Source of the DNA: Eukaryota sp. TZLM1-RC
Taxonomy: Eukaryota; Protista; Metamonada: BaSk clade
Direction of reading: 5' to 3'
Length of the DNA stretch: 64,000 nucleotides
Assembly: GCA_040285825.1 (NCBI GenBank)
Contig: JAUPSS010000004.1
Coordinates: forward strand, 3,665,658-3,729,657
Of this stretch, positions 11,854 through 23,300 are shown piece after piece (the stretch's first letter is position 1; every line of letters begins with the position of its first letter). The translations under genes and the position numbers were made by a program. The notes under the pieces are model-generated. The model was given only the letters and a program-made list of their open reading frames with translations, ran no database searches and was not told the DNA's origin.

Positions 11854-12939
11854 TTACTTAATGAAGAAATTGCGCAAATCAACCGAGGAAACAAAAAAAC
11901 AAGAAGCCACATCATATTTTCTGAAAGAGGCACTGAGATTTGCCTTCTTAACAGAGTGTTGAAGTTGAATCAATTGTCGAACAATTAAATCATAGAGCTG
12001 TTGGTAGCTCTTTAAATCAAAAACTTCAGAAAGAAAATCTGAAATACATGCTAGGTTGAAAGAAAAGCCAGAAAGATGTGAAGCTAAGCTGACCACACAA
12101 ATAGCAACGAGCGAAGGGGGGAAAGAAGAGAGACGATGACACAAAAGAAGAAGTTCGAGCAAATAATTAGAAAGATATCGCACTTTATCCGGAAAAGAGT
12201 GCATTGCAAAGATTGTTTTTACAAAGCAAACTAATGTGGGATACGTAACATCAAACTCAAGTGTGTCTAATACCATGCCTTCTGTCTTGAGAATATCTCG
12301 CTTGGAAACATCAGCGACATCAATGAGCTCAGTCAGAAAGGGTACAACCCTATCCGATACCTTGGAGGAGATGAAGAGACAAGTGATGGCTATGGCCGTG
12401 AGCCGGGAGCGATGAACAGGAACTCCATTGATACCTTTTAGGTAGCAAAATCGGTCAATCAGCATGACAGTTCTGAAGAGAGCTTCACGTTCTAAATGTA
12501 GGGAAGAGTGAACATCAACTAGCCAATCAATTAGGCCAGCACGATGTCTTGTGCTTATTGAGTGTTTGTGAAATCCATCGGGCAACAAAAAACGGGATGC
12601 CCTGGTCACAAACAGACTCCATGTGTCGGATATGTAGGAATTCAGAGTAAGTGTCATACTGTCCTTCGGTGGTGTTTTTGAAAGGTCCGGCGGTGGTTTC
12701 TTGCTGCTGGAATATGGCGGATCATATCCAATTGAGGGACATGGGGTTTCATAAATCGAACCAACACCAGAACCGATCTCTTGTGACGGTGGAGGGGTCA
12801 ATTGGAGGGTAGACATGATCCGACATATCTTGGAACGAGGCTGCAGCCCATTTCGTGATTGACCAAAATGAACACTAGAGGTCTGTTTCTTGCTGACAGT
12901 AACCTCATAGGGATCTACGTTCTCGTCCGCAAATATCAT
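11854..12939 (-). CDS. Cyclin (A/B-like)
   Basis: Cyclin box RAGLIDWLVDVH, LFRTVMLIDRF, CLFISSK, EGMVLDTLEFDV. Confidence 0.9.
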   Translation of the reverse strand: MIFADENVDPYEVTVSKKQTSSVHFGQSRNGLQPRSKICRIMSTLQLTPPPSQEIGSGVGSIYETPCPSIGYDPPYSSSKKPPPDLSKTPPKDSMTLTLNSYISDTWSLFVTRASRFLLPDGFHKHSISTRHRAGLIDWLVDVHSSLHLEREALFRTVMLIDRFCYLKGINGVPVHRSRLTAIAITCLFISSKVSDRVVPFLTELIDVADVSKRDILKTEGMVLDTLEFDVTYPTLVCFVKTIFAMHSFPDKVRYLSNYLLELLLLCHRLSSFPPSLVAICVVSLASHLSGFSFNLACISDFLSEVFDLKSYQQLYDLIVRQLIQLQHSVKKANLSASFRKYDVASCFFVSSVDLRNFFIK

Positions 12940-13196
12940 TCACTGGAATGATGGTGTATTATTACAGGATAACTGATGAATCAGCTATTTTTGGCGCGCC
13001 GAATTTAATTGTGATAATGGGAAAAAATATGCAAAAAGAAGAGAACATGAGCAGAAAGCAACAGACACCAGCATGTTACATCTACTAAGCGAGAGTGGAC
13101 AGGGTCTCATCAATTTCGTGATTTTTTTTGGTGTGAGATATATTTTGTCGTGTTGAATAAAATTGTATTGTATTCATTATTTTACATCAAGCAGTA

Positions 13197-14891
13197 ATGG
13201 CTGACAATGATGACTTTGAATACACAGATGTTGATGTAACCAGCTTTAATGTAGATAATAGCGATGAGGACGAAGATCTTGATACAATGATTGGTTCTCT
13301 AAGCTTCAAGCTTCAAGAACAGGACCTGCCACAACAGCAGTTTGCCCCTACTACAAATCCTAGGCCCGCTGTGGTCATTGACTACTTTCGTAACTTTCTC
13401 GTTCATCACAACCTTTCTAAAACCTATGAGACCTTTGAAAACGAATGGCTGTCTCACTCTGCATCTCTTCAACCCACACTCACTGAAGATGATGCTCAGA
13501 TAGCTCTGGACATGCTGGAACCCCCTACCGATGTATACTTGGAAAACCAACAACTCCACAACAGGATAAAATCATTGGAACGTCAGGTGACTCAAATGTC
13601 ACAAGTGGCTGACACTGCAAAGAGTTCGTTTGAAAAGTTTAAAAAACAACGTGATTTTCACAAGATGCATCATAGAAGGGTGGTTCAAGAAAAAGAGCGA
13701 CTTTTGACTGACCTTCGAAGACTCAAAACCCATTATGAAAGTTATCCCGAAGCATTGGCTACATTAAAGGACAAGTATGAAACTTTAATGAAGCAGAAAT
13801 CATTATTAAAAATTGAAAATGACAGACTCAAATCAAAAATATCAAACATTGAAGACAACCAAGAAGAACCTAAACCAAAGGAAAAGAAACCCACGACAAC
13901 TACGTCTCTTCTTGAGAAAACTCTTTCTTGCTTTCCTTCTGAGCATCCTGAAGGTCCTCATCCCCATGGTGAGCCTCCTCTCCTTTCTTCACAGATTTCC
14001 ATTGATACTTCACATGGAGCGCCTGTCAGTGGAATTGATGTTCATCCGATTCAGAACACTGTGGTTGCTACCTGCAGCGATGATTGTTCATGGAGGCTTT
14101 GGGACATCTCAAATGGTAATTTCGAGTTAATTTTGACAGCTACTGGTCACTCTTCTTGGATCTCTGATATATCCTTTCATCCTGAAGGAGAACATGTGGC
14201 TACTGTGTCGGGGGATGGGTCGGCAAGGTTTTGGTCGTTAGCTAATGGAAGTTCTCAGCAAGTACATTCAGCAACTGAGTTACAAGGCTTTTGGAGTTTA
14301 GACTTTCATTATACTGGGAATTTTTTGGTTGTTGGCTCAATAGATCATACTGCTAAAATTTTTGATGTAGGATCTTGTTCTTTCTCCAACATTCTCAACC
14401 TCCGTGGTCATGTTGATAGTGTCAACTCAGTTGATTGGTACCCATTCTCCAACGTAGTTGCTACAGGTTCGGCTGATAAGACAGTGTCTCTGTGGGATTG
14501 TCGGGCCAATCAGTGCTTACAATCCTTATTTGGTCATTCAAATGCGGTGAGGTCTGTCAAGTTTTCTGTTTGTGGTTCCAATCTTTTCTCTTCTGATTCT
14601 GATGGTAATTCTTTTGTTTGGGACTGTAGGAACTTTGGAAGTCCTTCCATTATCAATACTGGCAACCATGGCGTCAATTGTACCTTGGCACACTCATCAA
14701 ATTCTTTGGCAGTTTCCTGCTCTGATGATGGTACTATTAAAGGGTTTGATTGCAAAGATGGTTCTTGGAGCACTGACCCAATATTCACTTTAACAGGTCA
14801 TGATGATATGGTACAACAAGCAGTTTTTGTTGATAAAGAAAATTTATTAGTATCTATAGGATCTGATTGTTCAATTAGGTTATGGAAATAA
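13197..14891 (+). CDS. SPAG16: Flagellar central-pair WD40 protein PF20/SPAG16
   Basis: N-terminal DYFRNFL, coiled coil with RDFHKMHHRRVVQEK, about seven WD40 repeats. Confidence 0.85.
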   Translation: MADNDDFEYTDVDVTSFNVDNSDEDEDLDTMIGSLSFKLQEQDLPQQQFAPTTNPRPAVVIDYFRNFLVHHNLSKTYETFENEWLSHSASLQPTLTEDDAQIALDMLEPPTDVYLENQQLHNRIKSLERQVTQMSQVADTAKSSFEKFKKQRDFHKMHHRRVVQEKERLLTDLRRLKTHYESYPEALATLKDKYETLMKQKSLLKIENDRLKSKISNIEDNQEEPKPKEKKPTTTTSLLEKTLSCFPSEHPEGPHPHGEPPLLSSQISIDTSHGAPVSGIDVHPIQNTVVATCSDDCSWRLWDISNGNFELILTATGHSSWISDISFHPEGEHVATVSGDGSARFWSLANGSSQQVHSATELQGFWSLDFHYTGNFLVVGSIDHTAKIFDVGSCSFSNILNLRGHVDSVNSVDWYPFSNVVATGSADKTVSLWDCRANQCLQSLFGHSNAVRSVKFSVCGSNLFSSDSDGNSFVWDCRNFGSPSIINTGNHGVNCTLAHSSNSLAVSCSDDGTIKGFDCKDGSWSTDPIFTLTGHDDMVQQAVFVDKENLLVSIGSDCSIRLWK

Positions 14892-14996
14892 ATTAATTTG
14901 TATTTTACATTAATTACATTTATTTAGATTTATTTCTGCAACTTAACACTTGATTTGTTGTGAAATTTTGAGAATGAAGTGGAGAAATTGAATGGG

Positions 14997-16838
14997 TTAT
15001 GCAAATTTTTCCAAAATATTGATAACAAATAAGAAGTCTGGAGTGTCAACTGAATTGGTTTTTAAATTTTTTAATTGAATATTCCACGGAGTATCAGAAT
15101 CAGATTGGAAATAGACATTGAATTTCTGGCACAAAACAAGTAATAAAATATCCAAAGATCTAAATTTCTTTGAAATTAATAATGACGGTATTTCAATCAA
15201 GTCAGATTCTAAAACACAATTTAAATTTAATAAATCGTTCATACATTTAGTCTCAGTTAATTCAACAATTTCTTTAATTGGAGGAATCAATTCTACATTT
15301 TTAGAATCATTTCTTATTGAATTAAACAGAGATTTGGTTAGCAATTGAAGATAGACTTCAATACCAAATTTTGACAAATTTGAATGTTCAACATTTGAGA
15401 GTGAATTAATTGAGCTTTGAATTGAAGATAAGTCAAATGATTTAAAAGAATAATCAATTGAAAGTGCAGAAAAAATACACTTACCAAATGAAAAAGAACA
15501 ATTTTTGAAATTATCTCGATACAAAAGTGGATAAATTGAACCAAATAACTTTTCTAAATAAGAAATGCTTTGGTCAAAATTAACATCTAAAGATTCAAAG
15601 GATTCCAACAAATCAAAAACAAAAGAGGTAAATAAAGGCAAAACAAGGCCGTTTTCAAGATCAACACAATCATTAGACATTTTGACTAGCGAGTCGAGAT
15701 CACTGACAACCATTGCCGAAATATTTAAATTTTTTATGGTATAACAAAGTGACTTTGAGAAAGATTGTATTGGAGCCCTAATTAAAGGTACCAAAGAAGT
15801 AAAAAAAAGATTGTGATAATTGGTAGGTAATTCTAAAGTTGTTGAACATGTATTGAAAAGGTTCCAATATTTAAAAATCCAAGAGATAGAGGTCGAAGAA
15901 TCTAAAGCAAACTTTGAAAAAAAACTAGTTAATTTTGATTGGAATTTTTGAGACAAAAGGTCAAAAAGATTGATACCCAGATCAAAATCACGTGATCTGA
16001 TTGTATCAATCAATCCATTGATGACACTGTGGCAATTAACAAAAGACTTGACAATGAAATCTACACTTGTTTCATTTAAATCAGAAAAAGAACTTATAGA
16101 CCAATTAGTTTCGTTATTTAAGACATTATTAAAAATATTTAAAATTATTTCCTGAACTTTTTCTCTAGTATTTATTAAAGTCAACCCTGTAAAATAAGAA
16201 CCACCAGTAGATAATGATTTCGAAAGTATAGCTTTTGAAAAATAACTTTCCAATTGCCCAATTAATAGAATTTTTTTATCCAAAAATTGCTTGGCATAAT
16301 AAGAAAGTTCTTTTGTTAGAGGAATTTTTTCAGAATTAACAATGTTTAAAGTTAAATCAACCTCCTTTGCGTGGATAGCTGCTGGTAAAAGATCATCCTT
16401 TTCCACCAAATCAAAGAAAGAATTCATTGCATTTGCTAGAAAATGAAGTAAGTAAAGGTTCGCGGATTGTTGGTAAGAGCAGGAAAGTCTGCGAACATCA
16501 TGTAGGAGCTGATGAAGACAGTGAAAGAAAGGAGAAGCTGCAGTTGAGTAGGAAGAACTAAAAAGAGAGAGGGTTTCGAGCAAAGAGGAAGATACGTCTG
16601 GAGACTGAACAGAACCTAGAAATGATGACACAGACTCGGCAATTTCTGGATAGAGAGATGATAGATGTGTATCACATTGGTTGATGAGTTGTTTCAAATG
16701 AGATTCTGATAGACGAACAGACGACGAGTAGAAGTTATGTGGTATGAGGGTTTCTACACTTGTGGGTAGCATTTGTGAAGATGAAAATGGTCTCTGATGC
16801 ATTATTTTCTCCTGGTTCTCACAATGAGGGATTTCCAT
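14997..16838 (-). CDS. Hypothetical helical protein (possibly a vesicle-tethering complex subunit)
   Basis: 613-aa open frame with N-terminal coiled coil; no diagnostic motif. Confidence 0.55.
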   Translation of the reverse strand: MEIPHCENQEKIMHQRPFSSSQMLPTSVETLIPHNFYSSSVRLSESHLKQLINQCDTHLSSLYPEIAESVSSFLGSVQSPDVSSSLLETLSLFSSSYSTAASPFFHCLHQLLHDVRRLSCSYQQSANLYLLHFLANAMNSFFDLVEKDDLLPAAIHAKEVDLTLNIVNSEKIPLTKELSYYAKQFLDKKILLIGQLESYFSKAILSKSLSTGGSYFTGLTLINTREKVQEIILNIFNNVLNNETNWSISSFSDLNETSVDFIVKSFVNCHSVINGLIDTIRSRDFDLGINLFDLLSQKFQSKLTSFFSKFALDSSTSISWIFKYWNLFNTCSTTLELPTNYHNLFFTSLVPLIRAPIQSFSKSLCYTIKNLNISAMVVSDLDSLVKMSNDCVDLENGLVLPLFTSFVFDLLESFESLDVNFDQSISYLEKLFGSIYPLLYRDNFKNCSFSFGKCIFSALSIDYSFKSFDLSSIQSSINSLSNVEHSNLSKFGIEVYLQLLTKSLFNSIRNDSKNVELIPPIKEIVELTETKCMNDLLNLNCVLESDLIEIPSLLISKKFRSLDILLLVLCQKFNVYFQSDSDTPWNIQLKNLKTNSVDTPDFLFVINILEKFA

Positions 16839-17511
16839 CTAGTTGTTTTGTGTTGGGAAAGATGAATTATTTATATGTCTTAAGGTTGAATTCTGAGTTG
16901 TATGATACATATATTTATTAAAAAGAGTAGCTAAACCTTTGTTTACTGCAACTTGGGAATACGAATGTGGGGTAATGAAGAGAAATCTGTATATTGTTTA
17001 GAAATATTTCAACCACTATGGCTGTATCATTAAATACAACAATAAAAAGCTCAAATCCATTGAATTAATTTCTTTTTGTTTATTAATATAACTATGTCCT
17101 TCTCATTGTTCATCAAAAAGTTCATTTTAAAATATTAAAAAAAGATATATTTGATTCTGGAAGAGTTTTTGACAAGAGTTTTGGCAAAAACAGAATTTTA
17201 TTTTCAATTTCCAAATGTGTTGGTCAATTATTATCTACAGCTTTGTTATCTCTTGGACGCGTTTATGAAAGAAAAAGCTCCAGTCGATTCTTCTTGGCTG
17301 ATTTGGGTTATGAAGACATAGAATTTTAACCTTGTCATATAGTTTTTTTATATTGGAATAAATAAAAATTAAGTGAAAAAAATATATTTGATATATGTAT
17401 TGATTGTTTAATGTGGATGTTGAAGAAGGTTTCTCATCCACTGTTATCTTTCAGATCTCACTACGAGACAGTAAAAACTAGTGATTTATTGGGGAGATAT
17501 GGATTATTAAA

Positions 17512-17771
17512 GGGAAAATCAGAGCTATACCCAATTCATAAAATTTAAGTCCACATGTACCCAGATTTTACCATCTCCAATGAGTCTGATAACGCGAGAT
17601 TCAAACTTTCAATGGGCAATAGGTGCAACAAAGACACCCTACAAGAGCTTATCAGAAAGTGGTTCCGATAGGAAAGTTTTAGGTGCAGATGAAACTAAAA
17701 TTGATGAATATGGAGAAACTGGGTACAAGTGGGACAAAAATTGACAAAATGGGTATAAGTGAACTTGTCTC
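17512..17771 (+). mobile_element. Non-autonomous deletion derivative (MITE) of the MULE at 32626-34649
   Basis: Both ends match the MULE termini (GGGAAAATCAGAGCTATACCC...GGGTATAAGTGAACTTGTCTC) and the first ~120 nt of the transposase ORF; 9-bp TSD attattaaa/atgattaaa. Confidence 0.9.
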
Positions 17772-17794
17772 ATGATTAAAATATTGATTGTATA

Positions 17795-17909
17795 CACTGC
17801 TGGACTCAATTCACTGAGACTAATCTTATATTCGGAGTTCACAGCGACTAGAACCAAATTAGGCTCAGTGAGAATAACTCTGTGCTGAGACTAATTACGT
17901 CCAGCAGTG
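17795..17909. mobile_element. 115-bp MITE with CACTG termini and TA flanks
   Basis: Perfect TIR CACTGCTGGAC/GTCCAGCAGTG flanked by TA on both sides; internal CTGAGACTAAT repeats (two direct, one inverted). Confidence 0.75.
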
Positions 17910-18152
17910 TAAGTTGTTGAACAAATGTTTTCGTAAAACAGTTTCTGGAAAATGTCAAGACGTGTAAGACGTCTAAGGAGACAGCAGTAGATGTTTTCAC
18001 CAACGTATTTCCAAGGTGTTTAGTATATACTAGCCCTTGTTGCTCAGAAGATTACAACAGTGTTGGTGATATTTATTCAATATCCACATGATGTGAATTT
18101 CATAATCCTTTTACAAGACTCTCAATGACTAAAAGTTTTCCGGACAAGTTTA

Positions 18153-19535
18153 TTGGACATGTTCTTTGTCCAATTCAAGGACATTCCTGGTCCAAGGTCG
18201 TCTTACCAATGCAATAATCAAGCTGCTGATTTGGTTTTATGGGACACCATTTTAAAAATGGACGAGATTAAAAACACTAAACTTTTTGCAAAAAATTCCA
18301 AGTACATCATGTCTAGTATTGAGACTGATGGAATAGCAGTATCATTCATTCAATCTAGAATGGACTTGAAAAAGTACAAAGTAACTGCAAAAGAATTAAA
18401 AGATAAAGAAAAATATATTGATGACCCCAGCATCAATCCTTCTGAATTTCAAGATATGACCCTTGCTGCTGCTGATCCAGGGAAACCTGATCTACTCTAT
18501 TTTTCTGCCAATTTAGCTACTAGAATGACTCATTCAAAGAAACCTGAGAGAGATAAATATGTTCATTTCAGGTACACTCAAAATGAACGAAGATTTGAGT
18601 CGAAAAGTTCCAAATTCAAAAGAATAAGAGACAGCATACGTAATGACACTCTTATCACAATAAGTGACTCCACTGGTAGAGTGATTGATCTATCCAATTA
18701 TGAACCATCCGAAGAACAACAACAAAGGATGGATTTAAACAGCAGTATAATTAATCAAATGTCTGAAAGAACAATTAGTTTATTAAGAGGTGAAGTACCT
18801 CAAGAAATCAATATTCCCCACGAAATTGATTACTCATTCAATTTGAGAAACACGACTAAATCTGTAGCAGAATGGGAGGCAACATTATCCCAATTCAACT
18901 CCAAAAGCTGCAGGTTTGATAGATTTATGGAGTATATCAAACAAAAGAATTTTGTGAATAGTATCGTTGGTCAAGTCTATCATCAAAAAATATTTAGGAA
19001 ACTAAGATGGTGGGCTGAGATTAATCGCACAAGATCTGAGGCGAAGATGATCCAGAGATTCAAATCAGTAATTGGTGATCCAGGCCAAGTAGTTATTGGA
19101 ATTGGAGACTGGGAACAACGAAAACACATGAAATTCAAAGAACCTACCATAGGAAAAGGTTTGAGAATTCTATTTAAAAAGGCTGGTTATAAGGTCTTTT
19201 TGATTGATGAGTTTCGAACCAGTTGCTGTTGTTTCAACTGTAAGAAAGCGGAGAAAACAGTTGAAACACTCCGATGGTGCAGAAATCCTAGGCCATGGAA
19301 GATGCATGAGATGTCTGATCGTCACGGGCTTACCATGTGTAAATCATGCGAAAGTTTGTGGAATAGAGATCGAAATGCTTCGCTGAATATGTTGGCAGTG
19401 ATGGAAGCACATGTGAATGGTGGAGATAGACCGGAATACCTGCAGAGAGTCAAGGTTGACAGTGGTTCAAAGAAAAAGGTATCGAGAAGAAAATCTTCCA
19501 CTTCCCAAAAACTCAGTCCCTCTACATCGGTGTAA
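18153..19535 (+). mobile_element. Fanzor1 ORF, family A copy 2, apparently 5'-truncated
   Basis: ETDG, AADPGK, GIGDW, IDEFRTS, CFNC/CKSC and WNRD motifs in one 460-aa frame with the catalytic D-E-D intact. Confidence 0.9.
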
Positions 19536-19579
19536 AAAGGACACTTATTTCATTGTTATAGACAATATCTGTTTCAATG
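19487..19579 (+). ncRNA. Fanzor family A 3' end / putative omegaRNA scaffold, ending at the ATG of the deaminase gene
   Basis: Identical to 1255-1346 apart from one indel; identity stops immediately after the ATG. Confidence 0.65.
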
Positions 19580-20103
19580 ACTATCCCAGACAACTTGCCC
19601 TTTACACAACAAGAACTTTATGGTTTCATGGACCTCGCTGTCAAGGAAGCTGCTTCGAATGAACGTTTGAGAGAAGGAGGACCTTTTGGAGCTGCTGTTG
19701 TCAACGTAAATACCAGGGAAGTCGTGAGTTCGGCCCATAACGAAGTACTTGCCCGTCATGACCCATCTGCACATGCTGAAGTCATGGCTATTCGCTATGC
19801 ATGTCAAAAACTTCAACGTCATATTCTAGATGACTGTATTCTTGTAACAGTATGTTGGACTCATTTTTTCCCTAATATCAGAGTGCTTACTGCTGTCCTA
19901 TGTGCCTTAGTGCTGTGTTTTGGGCCCGAATCCCCACTGTTTTCTTTGCTTCTGATGTGGAAGAGGCTGATCGCAAGGGTTTTGATGATCTTGTTTTCTA
20001 TGAAGAATTACGCAGGGAACGGCCGACCAAGGTTCAGATGCATCGTCTTATTCATAATGATGCTAAAAAAGTTTTTGATGACAGTACAACTGAACTATAT
20101 TAG
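19577..20103 (+). CDS. Guanine deaminase-like zinc deaminase (cytidine deaminase fold); intron 19850-19881
   Basis: GGPFGAAVV and DPSAHAE; removing the 32-nt GTATGT...CTAATATCAG intron restores LVTSAYCCPMCLSAVFWARI. Confidence 0.9.
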
Positions 20104-20329
20104 TTTTTAGTCTTGTTTTTGCTTTTAGTCTTTTTTGCGGTTTTTATTTATTTTTGTTTTATCGGATTTTTCCTTCAAGAATGTCGTTTACATTTCGATA
20201 CAATTTCTGTAGTAGACTCATTTCTATTGGTAATTACTTTGAATCTACTTAAATTGTAAAACAGATATTGAACACAATAATCCACTTTGATTTTTAAAAT
20301 CATATTATTTGAAGGGAAATTTTTTATTC

Positions 20330-23300
20330 ATCTTGCACACTTAATAAAATTAACTCATAACTACTGGGACAAAATTCAATGAACCAAGATTTCCTCTACA
20401 AAATCTTGATCTGCTTGCTGTCTAGCTGAAACTTCTCTAGTTCGATTGAAAAATCAAGGTAATTTATTAATAGTGGTAAATTGAATTCGAGAGTGCCATA
20501 AAAAGATATCAAATCTTTTTCATTTTTTTTCTTGAACCATTTTTTGGAAGTCATTCAAAAAAGCTTCTGCTTCAACTGATAGTCTTCCGTTTATTGAAAA
20601 TGAAAAAGCAATATAAACTAGCTTTGTACTTCTACCATCAGTAGCTTCTTCAATATCTTTATCATATTTTCTATGTTTTTCTTTTGTTTTCTATACATAG
20701 TTGTTTCATATTCAAACAAAATTATAAAAAAACTAAAAATCAATCTCCTCATACTCCACATCTACCATAGAAAACTTACCTACAGCTTTTTCTTCATAAA
20801 ATTTTCCTAGTGATAACAATGAGCTAGAAACAAGACCATACATTCCTTGAATAATAGAAAATACAATTCTATTTTGCCAAAAGGTTCGGTCAAATATTCT
20901 TCCAATTCTATTTTTGACAACAGATGAGAAATCGTCTAAGAAAGATAACGCAGTTTTACCCAAGGTTCCAAATAATGAAAAAGCAAAAGGACAAAGAAGG
21001 TATTGAGTATGTGAGTTGGAATTCATATTATTGATATTTTCTGTATACTTTATAGTTTTCGCTTCTTCGGCTCTTCGTAAAGGTGAGTTATAAGTTTGTG
21101 CCAGTTTTTCATTTGAGCTGTTTGATACATCAGTAGATCTGACATCAATAGTGATCAATGATCCATCAAGTCCGAGAACTAGCACATCACCACGACTGTC
21201 ATCAAGAGAATTTCTGTCAGATACATCAGCCAAATTTGAAAGCAAAGGTTCTAAAAAAGATTCAATCTTGGAGGATTTAAACATACAATAAAGCTGATCA
21301 CGAACTGCATCATGCACTTTTGATCTAAAAGTAATAAATCGATTACAATTAAATAAATGGGTTGGAGTGACAGACCTTCCACATTTACAAATAAATCCAT
21401 GAGGGAGATTATCAGGCCAAATAAAAGATCGAAGACGCATAGATAATAAAAAGCAAGGGTCATTGAGAAACAAACCATATATTCTTGGTACTTGATTAAT
21501 TAAGCAAGAAGCAGAACTATCGCAAACATCCAGTAATTTAAATTCAGTAGCACTTACAGGATTAAGTTTTCTTCTGTGAACCAAAGTATCATTTGCAACA
21601 TTACAGGAGACAAAGTCAACAACAGCTTCAGAGTTCTCAATCCAATCTCCTTTTTGTTATAAAAGCTTCATTAGTAGCACACACTCCAAATCTTCGTGGT
21701 ACCATGGTTGCAAAAAGTGAAGAATCTGATGTTTGATTTTCGCAAACACCCTGTTCCAATAACAATGAGTGAAGATCTTGATTTAAAACAGCCGAGCTGC
21801 ATATATTATTATAAAGATCATTTTCATACATTCCAGTCAATCGTTTCTGTAATGTTCGATGAGTGTATTTTAAATTTAAAAATTCTCTTCCGGAATATTT
21901 CCATTGAATGATTGGGGAATGCATCGACTCCATTTTTCTACTTCAATTTTTGAAATTTCATCATTTAATACTGAAACAGTAGAACTTTGCGTTCTCATTA
22001 ATAAATCTTCCCAATCTGCAAATCTTTCGGAAAACTCAAAGATTGCATTTCTACATTCACCAATAAAAGCACAGGAAGTAAGAAAAGAAGCCTTCATCCA
22101 CCCTAAACCGCCATAGTGTGCACTAAGAAAAGCATGATCTGGAATTTGGAACATTTTACATCCCAGTAATTGTGACAACGCTTTTGCACGTAATTCATCA
22201 AACTTCTGGACCATAGGCTCTGTGATAAGAGGATTTGTAAATCGAAATATATGGTTAAAATCGGAACTAAAACATCATCTTATAATGGTACGATACGTTT
22301 GTGTATATTTAATTTCATCATTTGAACAATTTTTCAGAAATTAAGGTCAATTTTGCGAAAAATTCTTGAGTAATTCATCATTATTGCCTAAACAGTAACC
22401 CAAATATCAAATAGCATCAATTGAATACATTTTGGCTTGAATTTCAATACTATCAACTATTGTAGAAACTGGAGAATTCGAAGGTAAAACACATTTCAGT
22501 GTATGTAAATTAAGTCGGATGCCAATTTTGTTAAATAGTTCTTTAAAGCATAAAGTTGCTTCACTGACAATCTTTATGTCACTCATAAGATCAACGTCAT
22601 CCATATAGACAATCATTATTAGCAAAGGAAACATCTCATGAATTTACAATAAAATAGGATGAATGACCAAACAAAACAAAAGGGTTAAAGGATCTCCTTG
22701 CTGTACACCACGTGATGATTTTAAAATGGAATCACCAAAATGCAAATTAGAATTTGAGCTATATGTTGTTTGAAAATAAGGCATCAATTCTGGCAAATAT
22801 TGTAAGGAAGCACCACAAATACTGCAACGACTAATTGAATTGAATGCATTGCTAAAATCCAGCGACATACAAACATTGGATATATTTTGATGAAATAAAA
22901 CATCTGTAACAAATACTGCTGAAGAAACTCCATCAGTGGCATTAATTCCATACAAAAAGGGCAAAACAATCGTTTTTGCTTGTTCATTGAATCCATTTAA
23001 GCAGCAAGCAGAAAAAAAATTGTGTACACTTTCGTAGACCGCAATTGGACGAACATCCATCTTGTAAAGATTCAGTTCTTTACAAGTGCAGTCAAACGTG
23101 AACACCTTAATTCTTCAGGATATTTAAGTTGATCAGCTAAAATTCTATAAAAAAGTAAATTCGGAATATGCACCACCAATCGTCAAAGCAGGTTTTTTTC
23201 TACCAATCAAGAGATATTTAAATGGGTTCAAAGCTAATCTTATTTCCTTGTATTTGGTGGAAACGCCTTCAGAAACTCTACAGATGCTTTTGAAAGAACC

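Noticed and set aside
19545-19561. TTTCATTGTTATAG in the Fanzor end as a splice acceptor (element removed as an intron, or trans-splicing site)
   Set aside because: It lacks the CT(A/T)AYNNYAG fused branch motif found in all five inferred introns. Not excluded, since the 15 nt to the ATG are in frame and stop-free; RNA-seq would decide.
19552-19579. Helitron-type 3' terminus (hairpin ~10 nt before the end)
   Set aside because: The hairpin is short and AT-rich, there is no CTRR end and no Rep/helicase in the window; the mobilisation mechanism is left open.
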